A stretch of 49,888 bases of DNA from contig JBBQCA010000001.1 of assembly GCA_038318315.1 (NCBI GenBank), forward strand, positions 1 to 49,888. Direction: 5' to 3'. Under the pieces are notes generated by a model, which searched no databases, was not told where the DNA came from, and saw only the letters and a program-made list of their open reading frames with translations. Both the position numbers and the translations under genes were made by a program. Below are positions 1 to 9,936 of this stretch, piece by piece (position 1 is the stretch's first letter; the number at the start of each line of letters is the position of its first letter). This stretch comes from Burkholderiales bacterium. Lineage in GTDB: Bacteria; Pseudomonadota; Gammaproteobacteria; Burkholderiales; Burkholderiaceae_D.

Positions 1-936
1 ATGAAGCTGGTTGCCAAGGCCGACGTGCTGGTGCAGAACCTCGCGCCCGGCGCTGCCGCGCGCATGGGTCTGTCGGCGCAGGCATTGCGACCCGCGCAGC
101 CAAGGCTGATCGTCTGCGACATCTCGGGCTATGGCGCCGACGGACCCTATCGCGACAAGAAAGCCTACGACCTGCTGATCCAGAGCGAGGCCGGCTTTTT
201 ATCGGTGACCGGTTCCGAGGACGAACCCGCCAAGGCCGGCAACTCGATCGCGGACATCGCCGCCGGCATGTACGCGTACACCAGCATTCTCGCGGCCCTC
301 TATTCGCGTCAGAAGGACGGCCTGGGCTCGCACATCGATGTCTCCATGCTCGAAGCCCTGGTCGAGTGGATGGGCTATCCGCTCTACTACGCGTTCGACG
401 GGGCCACGCCGCCCGCGCGCTCGGGCGCCGAGCACGCGACCATCTATCCCTACGGTCCCTTTCCCGCGGGTGACGGCAAGACCGTGATGCTCGGCCTGCA
501 GAACGAGCGCGAGTGGGCGGTGTTCTGCAGCAAGGTGCTGGACGCGCCCAAACTCGCGATCGATCAACGATTCGCGTCGAACTCGCAGCGCCATCTGCAT
601 CGCGACGCCTTGCGCGCAACCATCGTCGAAGCCTTCGCGACCCTGACCGCCGAAGAAATCGTCGCGCGCCTCGACACCGCGCAGATCGCCAACGCACGCA
701 TGAACACGATGGACGAGGTGTGGGCGCATCCGCAACTGGAAGCGCGCCGGCATTGGCGCGACATCCAATCTCCGCAAGGCACGATTCGCGCGCCGTTGCC
801 GCCGGGACGCCACGATCGTTTCGAATATCGGATGGGCGCGATACCGGCTCTCGGAGCGCATACCGATGCGATCCTGGGCGAGCTCGGATTCGACGCGGCG
901 CGTATCGATCGGTTGCGCAGCGCAGGCACGGTGTGA
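1..936 (+). CDS. CaiB/BaiF family III CoA-transferase, probably itaconate CoA-transferase (Ict-like); likely 5'-truncated by the window edge
   Basis: ADVLVQNLAPG, CDISGYG, KAYDLLIQSEAG, IADIAAGMYA and HATIYPYGPF motifs. The usual ~80 aa N-terminus is absent. Followed by a CitE-family lyase. Confidence 0.85.
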   Translation: MKLVAKADVLVQNLAPGAAARMGLSAQALRPAQPRLIVCDISGYGADGPYRDKKAYDLLIQSEAGFLSVTGSEDEPAKAGNSIADIAAGMYAYTSILAALYSRQKDGLGSHIDVSMLEALVEWMGYPLYYAFDGATPPARSGAEHATIYPYGPFPAGDGKTVMLGLQNEREWAVFCSKVLDAPKLAIDQRFASNSQRHLHRDALRATIVEAFATLTAEEIVARLDTAQIANARMNTMDEVWAHPQLEARRHWRDIQSPQGTIRAPLPPGRHDRFEYRMGAIPALGAHTDAILGELGFDAARIDRLRSAGTV

Positions 937-1051
937 CGCCTGTCTGTCGAGACGCCCGTCGTTAGGGCAAACTCCCGATGTACCGCGAACCCCGAAATCG
1001 GGTTCAATCCTTTTCTTCACCCGCAGTGCACCCCAGGCGACTGGAATTCCG

Positions 1052-1906
1052 ATGATCGACATGTCTTCGAGTCTGCTGACGGCGCGCAGCTTCCTGTTCG
1101 TTCCCGCAGACCGCGTCGACCGCTATGCCAAGGCGCTCGCGTCGGGCGCGGACATGGCCATCATCGATCTCGAAGACGCGATCGCGCAGGACAACAAGGA
1201 CAGGGCCCGCGCCGCGCTCGATGCGGCATGGGGCAGCTTCGATCACGAAGACCGCGTGGTGATCCGCATCAACGGGCTCGATTCGCTCGAGCTGGCCGAC
1301 GATGCGGCGCTGTGCGCGTCGCTATCGCCCGCGGCTGTGATGGTTCCCAAGGCGGAGAGTGCCGAGGCCCTCGAAGCGCTGCATGCGCGGCTGGGTGAAA
1401 TCCCGCTCGTGCCGATGATCGAAAGCGCGCTGGGCTACTCGGAAATCGCGGCGATCGCGCGCGCCGTCGGCACGGCGCGGCTCGCGTTCGGGCACATCGA
1501 CTTTCAGGCCGATCTCGGCATGATCGCCGACGACGAACAGACCGAACTCGCACCGGCACGCTTCGGCATCGTGGCGGCGTCGCGCGCTGCCGGCATCGCC
1601 GGACCGATCGACGGCATCACGCTGGAGACCACGAGGACGAGCGAGATCATCGTCGCCACGCAACGCGGCATTCGCTTCGGCTTTACCGGCAAGCTCTGCA
1701 TTCATCCCGACCAGATCGCCGCGGTGCACGCGGCGTTCGCGCCGAGCGCGGCCGACGAGGCGTGGGCGCGCCGCGTGGTCGAGGCCGCCGAAGCGTCCAA
1801 GGGCGCCGCGATCAAGGTCGATGGCCGCATGGTCGATCGTGCGGTGATCCTGCTGGCCGAGCGCGTACTCGCGCTGGCCTCGCAGACCAACGAGCGAAGC
1901 GCGTGA
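1052..1906 (+). CDS. CitE/HpcH-HpaI family CoA-ester lyase, probably (S)-citramalyl-CoA lyase (Ccl-like)
   Basis: RSFLFVP, IIDLEDA, IRIN, MIES and GKLCIHPDQ motifs. Start is ATG 1052 or 1061. Confidence 0.85.
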   Translation: MIDMSSSLLTARSFLFVPADRVDRYAKALASGADMAIIDLEDAIAQDNKDRARAALDAAWGSFDHEDRVVIRINGLDSLELADDAALCASLSPAAVMVPKAESAEALEALHARLGEIPLVPMIESALGYSEIAAIARAVGTARLAFGHIDFQADLGMIADDEQTELAPARFGIVAASRAAGIAGPIDGITLETTRTSEIIVATQRGIRFGFTGKLCIHPDQIAAVHAAFAPSAADEAWARRVVEAAEASKGAAIKVDGRMVDRAVILLAERVLALASQTNERSA

Positions 1907-1987
1907 TACGTGTCACGAGCGGCGCTGCGTTTTTCACTCGAGGCGCCGCCCGAGCGCTGGATTCATGATCCAAACCGGAGATTCTCG

Positions 1988-3031
1988 ATGAAGAAGGTTT
2001 TTGCCACGCGCTTCAGGACGATTGCCGCTGCGATTGCCGCGGCGCTTACCGCGTTCGTCGCTCTATCGTTTGCCGCCCGCGATGCGTCGGCGCAAACGAC
2101 GATCGTGATCAAGTTCAGTCACGTGGTCGCGAACGACACGCCCAAAGGCAAGGGCGCCGAACGCTTCAGGCAACTGGCCGAAGAGCGCACCAACGGCCGC
2201 GTGAAGGTCGAGGTCTATCCCAATTCGACGCTCTACAAGGACAAGGAAGAGCTCGAGGCCCTGCAGCTCGGCGTGGTGCAGATGCTCGCGCCCTCGGTCT
2301 CCAAGTTCGGGCCGCTGGGCGCCAAGGAGTTCGAGGCCTTCGACCTGCCCTTCATCTTTCCCGACAAGGCGGTGCTCCAGCGCGTGGCCGAAGGACCGAT
2401 CGGCGCATCGCTGTTCCAGAAACTCACGGACAAGGGCATCAAGGGCCTGGCGTTCTGGGACAACGGCTTCAAGGTGATGACCGCCAACAAGCCGCTGCGC
2501 ACGCCGGCCGACTTCAAGGGACTGAAGATGCGCATCCAGTCCTCGAAGGTGCTCGAAGCGCAGTTCCGCGCGCTCGACGCGTTGCCGCAGGTGCTGGCGT
2601 TCTCGGAGGTCTATCAGGCCTTGCAGACGGGCGTGGTCGACGGCACCGAGAACACGCCTTCGAACGTCTATTCGCAGAAGACGCACGAGGTGCAGAAATA
2701 TCTGACGGTCTCCAATCACGGCTACATCGGCTATGCAGTGATCGTCAACAAGAAGTTCTGGGATGGCTTGCCGCCCGATATCCGCACCATCCTCGAAGGC
2801 GCGATGAAGGATGCGACGCGCTACACCAACGCGATCGCGCAACAGGAAAACGACGACGCGCTCGCGAAGATCAAGGCCGCCGGCCATACCGAGATCATCA
2901 TGCTGACGCCTGCGCAGAAGAACGAGTGGCGAACGGCCTTGCAACCCGTATATGCGGAGATGACGCCGCGCGTGGGCGGCGATCTGATCGACGCGATTCG
3001 CAAGGAGGCTGCGGCGATGGGATACAAATGA
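1988..3031 (+). CDS. dctP: TRAP C4-dicarboxylate-binding periplasmic protein
   Basis: Signal peptide, IKFSHVVANDTPKGK, FWDNGFK, KMRIQSSKV and LQTGVVDGTEN. GGAG RBS upstream. Confidence 0.92.
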   Translation: MKKVFATRFRTIAAAIAAALTAFVALSFAARDASAQTTIVIKFSHVVANDTPKGKGAERFRQLAEERTNGRVKVEVYPNSTLYKDKEELEALQLGVVQMLAPSVSKFGPLGAKEFEAFDLPFIFPDKAVLQRVAEGPIGASLFQKLTDKGIKGLAFWDNGFKVMTANKPLRTPADFKGLKMRIQSSKVLEAQFRALDALPQVLAFSEVYQALQTGVVDGTENTPSNVYSQKTHEVQKYLTVSNHGYIGYAVIVNKKFWDGLPPDIRTILEGAMKDATRYTNAIAQQENDDALAKIKAAGHTEIIMLTPAQKNEWRTALQPVYAEMTPRVGGDLIDAIRKEAAAMGYK

Positions 3032-3049
3032 TGGAAGTGGCGTGAGGCC

Positions 3050-4006
3050 ATGACGCTCACCGAGTTGCGCTATGTCGTCGCGGTCGCACGCGAGCGCCAT
3101 TTCGGTCGCGCGGCGGAATCCTGCTTCGTCAGCCAACCTACGCTCTCGGTTGCGATCAAGAAACTCGAGGACGAACTCGGCGTGACCCTGTTCGAGCGCC
3201 GCGGCGGCGAGATCGGCGTCACGCCGGTCGGCGCACAGATTGCCGCGCAGGCCGAACGCGTGCTCGAACAGAGCGCCGCCATCAAGGAGATCGCAACCAG
3301 CGGCAAGGACCCGCTCAACGAGCCGCTGCGCCTCGGCGTGATCTACACGATCGCACCGTACCTGCTGCCGCCGCTGGTCAAGCGCATCATCGACGACGCG
3401 CCGCAGATGCCGCTGATCCTGCAGGAGAACTTCACGGTCAAGCTGCTCGAGCTGCTCAAGCACGGCGAGCTCGACGCGGCGATCATGGCCTTGCCGCTCC
3501 CCGATTCGGGACTGATGGTCAAGCCGCTGTACGACGAGGACTTCGTCGTCGCGATCCCGCGCGAGCATGCGTGGAAGACGCGCGAGAAAATTTCCGCGAG
3601 CGACCTGAAGAACGAAACCATGCTGATGCTCGGCGCCGGCCATTGCTTTCGTGACCAGGTGCTCGAAGCCTGTCCGGAGCTCGCGCCGTTCGCGGTCGCT
3701 TCGTGGATGCCCGAGACCGGCATGCGCAGGACCTTCGAAGGCTCGTCGCTCGAAACCATACGGCACATGGTCGCAAGCGGCATCGGCGTGACTGTGTTGC
3801 CGCGCACATCGATCCCCTCGCCGCTGCCGCGCGACAGCCTGTTGCGTTATCTGCCGTTCGAGGATCCCGTCCCGAGTCGCCGCGTGGTGCTCGCGTGGCG
3901 CAAGACCTTTCCGCGTCGTGCGGCCATCGAACTGCTGCGAAGCGCGATCCTCGCGTGCGATCTCGAGGGGATGAAGAAGCTCGAGCTCGATGCGTTCGTC
4001 AGTTGA
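3050..4006 (+). CDS. oxyR: LysR-family hydrogen peroxide sensor OxyR
   Basis: LysR HTH ([17 protein letters not shown]), redox cysteine pair [12 protein letters not shown] and [14 protein letters not shown]. Confidence 0.93.
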   Translation: MTLTELRYVVAVARERHFGRAAESCFVSQPTLSVAIKKLEDELGVTLFERRGGEIGVTPVGAQIAAQAERVLEQSAAIKEIATSGKDPLNEPLRLGVIYTIAPYLLPPLVKRIIDDAPQMPLILQENFTVKLLELLKHGELDAAIMALPLPDSGLMVKPLYDEDFVVAIPREHAWKTREKISASDLKNETMLMLGAGHCFRDQVLEACPELAPFAVASWMPETGMRRTFEGSSLETIRHMVASGIGVTVLPRTSIPSPLPRDSLLRYLPFEDPVPSRRVVLAWRKTFPRRAAIELLRSAILACDLEGMKKLELDAFVS

Positions 4007-4877
4007 GTTGCTGCGCGAGCGCCTCGGGTTGTATGCGCGGCTGGTGCGCATCGACAAGCCGATCGGAATTCTGCTGCTGCTCTGGCCCACGCTGTGGGCC
4101 TTGTGGATCGCATCCGACGGGCGGCCGCCGCTCTACGTGCTCGCGGTGTTCGTGATCGGCACCGTGCTGATGCGATCGTCGGGATGCGCGATCAACGACT
4201 GGGCCGATCGCGACTTCGACCGGCATGTCGCGCGCACGGCCCAGCGTCCGTTGACCAGCGGCCGTATCGCGGGATGGGAAGCGTTGACGATCGCTGCCTT
4301 GTTGGCGGCGATTTCGTTTCTTTTGATCCTGCCGCTGAACGGATTGACGATCGCGCTCTCGTTCGTGGCCGCGTTCGTCGCGGCCAGCTATCCTTTCACG
4401 AAGCGCTTCTTCGCATTGCCGCAGGCGTACCTCGGCATCGCGTTCGGCTTCGGCATTCCGATGGGGTTCGCGGCGATCGACGATCGCGTGCCCGCGGTTG
4501 CCTGGACCCTGCTCTCAGCCAACGTGTTCTGGGCGCTTGCCTACGACACCGAATACGCGATGGTCGATCGCGCCGACGATGTGAAGATCGGTATCCGCAC
4601 CGCCGCGATTACCTTCGGCCGCTACGACGTGGTCGCGGTGATGGCCTGCTACGCGTGCACGCTCGCGCTGCTCGCGACGGCGGGCGCGATGGCCGGACTC
4701 GGTATGGCTTTTGATGCGGGCCTCGTCGTCGCCGCAGGCATCGCGATCCATCACTACCGACTGATCCGCACGCGCAGCCGCGAAGGGTGTTTCAAGGCCT
4801 TCCTGCACAACAACTGGTTCGGCGCTGCGGTGTTCGCGGGACTGGTGGTCGATCGGCTGCTCGCGAATCTGGCGTGA
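3990..4877 (+). CDS. ubiA: 4-hydroxybenzoate polyprenyltransferase
   Basis: [23 protein letters not shown] and [13 protein letters not shown] motifs. Exact start uncertain. Confidence 0.93.
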   Translation: MRSSVELLRERLGLYARLVRIDKPIGILLLLWPTLWALWIASDGRPPLYVLAVFVIGTVLMRSSGCAINDWADRDFDRHVARTAQRPLTSGRIAGWEALTIAALLAAISFLLILPLNGLTIALSFVAAFVAASYPFTKRFFALPQAYLGIAFGFGIPMGFAAIDDRVPAVAWTLLSANVFWALAYDTEYAMVDRADDVKIGIRTAAITFGRYDVVAVMACYACTLALLATAGAMAGLGMAFDAGLVVAAGIAIHHYRLIRTRSREGCFKAFLHNNWFGAAVFAGLVVDRLLANLA

Positions 4878-4907
4878 CGTAGCCGGTGCGTTTGGCACGG
4901 CCAGGCT

Positions 4908-4985
4908 GCGGGAATAGAGCGGGCCGATCATGTCGAGAACCGGGCTGGTCCTGAACAATGGTCCGAACCCTTGCGGAATGGTCAT
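4908..4985 (-). pseudogene. Probable N-terminal remnant of a PaaI-family thioesterase
   Basis: ATG 5 nt after the proC stop encodes MTIPQGFGPLFRTSPVLDMIGPLYSR, which resembles PaaI thioesterase N-termini, then runs antisense into ubiA. Confidence 0.5.
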
Positions 4986-4990
4986 GTCGG

Positions 4991-5851
4991 CTACGCGTCT
5001 CGACCGAACTCGCCGCCCAGCTCGGCCGAGCGCTTGGCGGCTGCATGCACGGCGTCCACGATCGCGGCGCCGACGCCGGCTTCCCGCATGCGCATCAACG
5101 CGGCGTGCGTGGTGCCGCCCGGCGACGTGACGCGTTCGCGCAATACCGCGATCGGTTCTTCGGATGCCGCGGCGAGGCGGCTGGCGCCCACGAAGGTACA
5201 AACCGCGAGTCGCCGCGCATCTTCCTCGGAGAGGCCGAGTTCGCGCGCGCCCTGTTGCAAGGCTTCGATGAACGCGAATACGTACGCGGGCCCGCTGCCC
5301 GAAACCGCGGTGATCGCATCGAGCTTCGCTTCGTCATCGACCCACAGGGTCTGGCCCACCGCGCCCAGCAGAGTCTCCGCAAGCGCGCGTCCGCGGGCAT
5401 CGACCGCGGGCGTTGCGAACAGACCTGCGATGCCTTCGCCGATCAACGCCGGCGTGTTCGGCATGGTGCGGACGATGGGGTGATGCCCGTGTTCGGCGGC
5501 GAGCCAATGAGCGATTTCCTGCGTGCGTATGCCGGCTGCGATGCTGATGATCAGCGGCTGCCGCGTCGGCTGCGTCGGCGATTGGGTAGGCGATTCTCCG
5601 AGCCATCGCGCAGCCGAGGTCGCGGCTTCGCGGAACTGCTGCGGCTTGACCGCGAACACCACCGCGTCGCATGCGGTGAGGTCCGCAGAAGGCACGTCGT
5701 GCAGCGCGATGCGGCGCATGGTTCGCGCCAGCGTCTCACGCGTCGTTGCATGCGGCTCGACGACGACGAAGTCCGCGTCGATGCGCTTGGCGACCAGGCC
5801 GCCCATCAAGGCCTGCGCCATGTTGCCACCACCGATGAAACCGATTTTCAT
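4991..5851 (-). CDS. proC: Pyrroline-5-carboxylate reductase
   Basis: IGFIGGGNMA, AVKPQ, RTMPNTP, SGSGPAY and VTSPGGTT. ATG overlaps the yggS stop. Confidence 0.96.
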   Translation of the reverse strand: MKIGFIGGGNMAQALMGGLVAKRIDADFVVVEPHATTRETLARTMRRIALHDVPSADLTACDAVVFAVKPQQFREAATSAARWLGESPTQSPTQPTRQPLIISIAAGIRTQEIAHWLAAEHGHHPIVRTMPNTPALIGEGIAGLFATPAVDARGRALAETLLGAVGQTLWVDDEAKLDAITAVSGSGPAYVFAFIEALQQGARELGLSEEDARRLAVCTFVGASRLAAASEEPIAVLRERVTSPGGTTHAALMRMREAGVGAAIVDAVHAAAKRSAELGGEFGRDA

Positions 5852-6618
5852 CAATCTTCTTTCTGGAAAAGTTGGGGGGCGGGCGCGAGGATGCCTGCGG
5901 AATCTCGCACCGCGCTTCGCGCGCCGAAGATCGCCGTGCCCACGCGAACCATCGTCGCACCCTCGGCGATCGCGGCTTCGAGATCAGCCGACATGCCCAT
6001 CGACAGTTGATCGCATGGCAGGCCCTCAGCGCGCAATTGTTCGGCGAGCACGCGCAGTCGGCTGAAAGCCACTCGTTGTTCGGCCGGATCGCTGCGTGCC
6101 TCGGGCACCGCCATCAAGCCGCGCAAGCGAAGCCGGGGCAACCCGGCCACGGCGCGCGCGAGCGCACGCAATTGATCGGGCGAGACGCCGCTCTTGCTCG
6201 CCTCGTCGTCGACATTGACCTCGAGCAGAACGTTCAATGGCTCACGACCCGGGTCGCGCTGAGCCGAGAGGCGGTCGGCGATCTTCAGGCGATCTACGCT
6301 GTGCACCCAATCGAAATGCGTCGCGATGATTCGCGTCTTGTTGCTCTGGACCGGCCCGATGAAATGCCACTCCGGAACGCTATGCGAATGGCGCCCGCGC
6401 AGCGACGCATCGACCTCGTGCATCTTTTCGATCGCCTCCTGCACGTAGTTCTCGCCGAACGCGAGCTGTCCGGCTTCGATCGCTTCGAGGACCGCCGATG
6501 CGGGAAAAGTCTTAGAGACCGCGATCAGTTCGACCGCGTCCGGCTCTCGTTGCGCCGCTTCCACAGCGATTGCTATGCGGTGGCGCACTTCTTGCAGGTT
6601 GTTTGCCGTTGCGGACAT
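5851..6618 (-). CDS. yggS: PLP homeostasis protein YggS
   Basis: LIAVSKT, FGENYVQE, WHFIGPVQSNK, LSMGMS and VRVGTAIFG. Canonical pilT-yggS-proC synteny. Confidence 0.96.
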   Translation of the reverse strand: MSATANNLQEVRHRIAIAVEAAQREPDAVELIAVSKTFPASAVLEAIEAGQLAFGENYVQEAIEKMHEVDASLRGRHSHSVPEWHFIGPVQSNKTRIIATHFDWVHSVDRLKIADRLSAQRDPGREPLNVLLEVNVDDEASKSGVSPDQLRALARAVAGLPRLRLRGLMAVPEARSDPAEQRVAFSRLRVLAEQLRAEGLPCDQLSMGMSADLEAAIAEGATMVRVGTAIFGARSAVRDSAGILAPAPQLFQKED

Positions 6619-6817
6619 AATCGACCGAGAAAATTCGCACGGCGGATGGGCCTCGGGCCATCCACCAAATCAACTTTCGCTCGCGTGTGCCGATAACAGT
6701 TGTCGATATCGTGAAGACGCGACCGGCCCGACGAACATAACACGGCGTCGTCGCACGCGAAGCAGGGTCGCGCAACCCGCGCACGCACGCGCATACGCAG
6801 CGCCAACAAGGACATTG

Positions 6818-7861
6818 ATGGACATCTCGGAACTGCTCGCCTTCGTCGTCAAGAACAAGGCGTCGGACCTGCATCTGTCGGCGGGCCTGCCGCCCATGAT
6901 CCGGGTGCACGGCGACGTGCGTCGTATCAACCTGCCGCCGATGGAGCACAAGGATGTGCACGGCATGATCTACGACATCATGAACGACGGACAGCGCAAG
7001 TTCTACGAGGAGAACCTCGAGTGCGACTTCTCGTTTGCAATTCCCGGCCTCGCGCGCTTTCGCGTCAACGCCTTCGTGCAGAACCGCGGCGCCGGTGCCG
7101 TGATGCGGACCATCCCGTCGAAAGTGCAGACGCTCGAGGAACTGAACGCGCCCAAGATCTTTGCCGAGATCGCCAATCAACCGCGCGGCATCGTGCTCGT
7201 CACGGGTCCGACCGGATCGGGCAAGTCGACCACGCTCGCGGCGATGGTCAACCATGTCAATGAAAACGAGTATGGCCACATCCTGACGGTCGAGGATCCG
7301 ATCGAGTTCGAGCACGAGTCCAAGAAGTGCCTGATCAATCAGCGCGAAGTCGGCCCGCACACGCTGTCGTTCAACAACGCGTTGAGAAGCGCCCTGCGCG
7401 AAGACCCGGACGTGATCCTGGTCGGCGAGTTGCGCGACCTCGAAACCATACGTCTCGCGTTGACCGCTGCCGAGACCGGCCACCTGGTGTTCGGAACGCT
7501 GCATACCAGCTCGGCCGCCAAGACCATCGACCGCATCGTCGACGTGTTTCCCGCAGCCGAGAAGGAAATGGTCCGCACCATGCTGTCGGAGTCGCTGCGC
7601 GCGGTGATTTCGCAGACTCTGCTGAAGACCAAGGATGGAAGCGGCCGCATCGCCGCGCACGAGATCATGATCGGCACGCCGGCGATTCGAAATCTGATTC
7701 GCGAGAACAAGGTCGCGCAGATGTATTCGGCGATCCAGACCGGGCAGAACGTGGGCATGCAGACGCTCGACCAGAACCTGATCGACCTGGTCAAACGCAA
7801 TCTGGTCAATCCGGTCGAGGCGCGCAATCGCGCTTCGAACAAGGACAGCTTTCCGGTTTGA
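6818..7861 (+). CDS. pilT: Type IV pilus retraction ATPase PilT
   Basis: ASDLHLSAG, Walker A GPTGSGKSTT, LREDPDVILVGE and AIRNLIRE motif. Confidence 0.97.
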   Translation: MDISELLAFVVKNKASDLHLSAGLPPMIRVHGDVRRINLPPMEHKDVHGMIYDIMNDGQRKFYEENLECDFSFAIPGLARFRVNAFVQNRGAGAVMRTIPSKVQTLEELNAPKIFAEIANQPRGIVLVTGPTGSGKSTTLAAMVNHVNENEYGHILTVEDPIEFEHESKKCLINQREVGPHTLSFNNALRSALREDPDVILVGELRDLETIRLALTAAETGHLVFGTLHTSSAAKTIDRIVDVFPAAEKEMVRTMLSESLRAVISQTLLKTKDGSGRIAAHEIMIGTPAIRNLIRENKVAQMYSAIQTGQNVGMQTLDQNLIDLVKRNLVNPVEARNRASNKDSFPV

Positions 7862-7875
7862 CCGGAGGAGACACG

Positions 7876-8277
7876 ATGGGTCGAGCTATCGTTGCGGTCG
7901 TTGCCGGAGTCGTCGCGGCGTTCTGCTCGATTCTTTTGGGGGAGGTGATCGGACACATCATCGTGCCGGTCGGCAGGGCGCCGCCGGTCGGCGACCCCGA
8001 GCGCATGCGCGAATTCATGAGCACGTTGCCGATATCGGCGTACGCTTTCGTGCTGGCCGCTTACCTCGCCGGCAGCTACATCGGCGGTTTCGTCGCGGGG
8101 TTCGTGGCGGGGTCATTTCGGCTGCGTTGCGTATGGATCGTCGGCGCGCTGGTACTGGCGAGCGCGATCGCGAATCTGTTTCTGATTCCGCATCCGCTGT
8201 GGCTTTCCACGGCAACGGTCGCGTCCATCGTGCTCGGCACGTGGCTCGCGAGCGCGACGACGTCGCGCCGCGTTTGA
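7876..8277 (+). CDS. Small (133 aa) multi-pass membrane protein of unknown function
   Basis: GGAGGAG RBS before ATG 7876, about four hydrophobic segments, fills the pilT-pilU gap. Confidence 0.8.
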   Translation: MGRAIVAVVAGVVAAFCSILLGEVIGHIIVPVGRAPPVGDPERMREFMSTLPISAYAFVLAAYLAGSYIGGFVAGFVAGSFRLRCVWIVGALVLASAIANLFLIPHPLWLSTATVASIVLGTWLASATTSRRV

Positions 8278-8298
8278 ACATTCAACAGGAGTTGCGTC

Positions 8299-9435
8299 AT
8301 GGAACGCGAACAGGCCACCAGGTTCATGTACGAGCTGCTGCGCATGCTGGTCAGCAAGAAGGGCTCGGATCTTTTCATCACCGCTGAATTTCCGCCCGCG
8401 TTCAAGATCGACGGCAAGGTGACGCCGGTCTCGAATCAGGCGATGACCGCGCAGCACACCAGCGAGTTGGCGCGCGCGATCATGAACGACAAGCAGGCGG
8501 CGGAATTCGAAGCCACCAAGGAATGCAACTTCGCGATCAGCCCGGCCGGCATCGGCCGCTTTCGCGTCAACGCCTTCGTGCAGCAGGGCAAGATCGGCCT
8601 GGTGCTGCGCATGCTGACCACGCGCATCCCGACGGTGGAGGAACTGGGCATCCCGCACATCCTGAAGGATGTGGTGATGACCAAGCGCGGCCTGTTGATC
8701 ATGGTCGGCGCGACCGGCTCGGGCAAGACCACCACGCTGGCCGCGCTGGTGGGCCACCGCAACGAAAACAGCTATGGCCACATCGTCACGATCGAGGATC
8801 CGATCGAATACGTGCATCCGCATCGCAACTGCATCATCACGCAGCGCGAGGTGGGCGTCGATACGACCGACTGGTTCGCGGCCCTGAAGAACACCTTGCG
8901 CCAAGCGCCCGACGTGATCCTGATCGGCGAAATCCGCGATCGCGAGACGATGGAACACGCAGTGGCCTTCGCCGAAACCGGTCACCTGTGCATGGCGACC
9001 CTGCATGCCAACAGCTCCAACCAGGCGCTCGACCGCATCATCAACTTCTTCCCCGAGGAACGGCGCGCGCAGTTGCTGATGGACTTGTCGCTGAACCTCA
9101 AGGGAATGATCTCGCAGCGCCTGATTCCGTTGAAGGACACCAAGGGGCGCGTGCCCGCGGTCGAGATCATGCTCAACTCGCCGTTGATATCGGACCTGAT
9201 CTTCAAGGGCGATGTGCACGAGATCAAGGAGATCATGAAGCGCTCGCGCGAACTGGGCATGCAGACCTTCGACCAGGCGCTGTTCGATCTTTTCGAGGCC
9301 GACAGGATTTCCTACGAGGATGCGCTGCGCAACGCCGACTCGGTCAACGACCTGCGCCTGGCGATCAAGCTGCACAGCAAGAACGCCCGCGCCGCCGATC
9401 TGACCAAGGGTATCGAGCACCTGGATCTTGTCTGA
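8299..9435 (+). CDS. pilU: Type IV pilus ATPase PilU
   Basis: GSDLFIT, GATGSGKTTT, LRQAPDVILIGE and GMQTFDQALF. AGGAG RBS. Confidence 0.95.
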   Translation: MEREQATRFMYELLRMLVSKKGSDLFITAEFPPAFKIDGKVTPVSNQAMTAQHTSELARAIMNDKQAAEFEATKECNFAISPAGIGRFRVNAFVQQGKIGLVLRMLTTRIPTVEELGIPHILKDVVMTKRGLLIMVGATGSGKTTTLAALVGHRNENSYGHIVTIEDPIEYVHPHRNCIITQREVGVDTTDWFAALKNTLRQAPDVILIGEIRDRETMEHAVAFAETGHLCMATLHANSSNQALDRIINFFPEERRAQLLMDLSLNLKGMISQRLIPLKDTKGRVPAVEIMLNSPLISDLIFKGDVHEIKEIMKRSRELGMQTFDQALFDLFEADRISYEDALRNADSVNDLRLAIKLHSKNARAADLTKGIEHLDLV

Positions 9436-9936
9436 ATGTCGAGAACGACCATGACCACCATCTACGATTTTTCCGCGAACTCGCTTTCGGGCAAACCCGC
9501 CGACCTCGCCGCATGCAAGGGCAAGGTCCTGTTGATCGTCAATACCGCCAGCCAGTGCGGCTTCACGCCGCAATACAAGGGACTCGAAGCGCTCCATGAA
9601 GAGTTCCACGATCGCGGCTTCGAGGTGCTCGGGTTTCCGTGCAATCAGTTCGGCGGCCAGGAGCCGGGCGAAAGCGAGGACATCGCGCAGTTCTGTGAAC
9701 GCAACTACGGCGTCACGTTTCCGATGTTCGAGAAAATCGACGTCAACGGCGGCGGCACGCATCCGCTCTTCACGTGGTTGAAGAACGAGGCGCCCGGCAT
9801 CCTCGGCACCAGGGACATCAAATGGAACTTCACCAAGTTCCTGGTCGATCGCGAAGGCAAGGTGGTCGGGCGTTATGCATCGACCACGCGGCCCGAAGCG
9901 ATCAGCGGCGATATCGAGAAACTACTCGCTGCTTGA
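9436..9936 (+). CDS. Glutathione peroxidase family protein (Cys type)
   Basis: VNTASQCGFTPQY, FPCNQFG and IKWNFTKFL. Start is 9436 or 9451. Confidence 0.94.
   Translation: MSRTTMTTIYDFSANSLSGKPADLAACKGKVLLIVNTASQCGFTPQYKGLEALHEEFHDRGFEVLGFPCNQFGGQEPGESEDIAQFCERNYGVTFPMFEKIDVNGGGTHPLFTWLKNEAPGILGTRDIKWNFTKFLVDREGKVVGRYASTTRPEAISGDIEKLLAA

Noticed and set aside
3990-4877. ubiA as the missing PRPP:prenyl-P transferase for the DprE pair
   Set aside because: Motifs and oxyR-linked position indicate the ubiquinone 4-hydroxybenzoate prenyltransferase.
9436-9936. Possible selenocysteine glutathione peroxidase
   Set aside because: The active-site codon is TGC (Cys) and there is no in-frame TGA.
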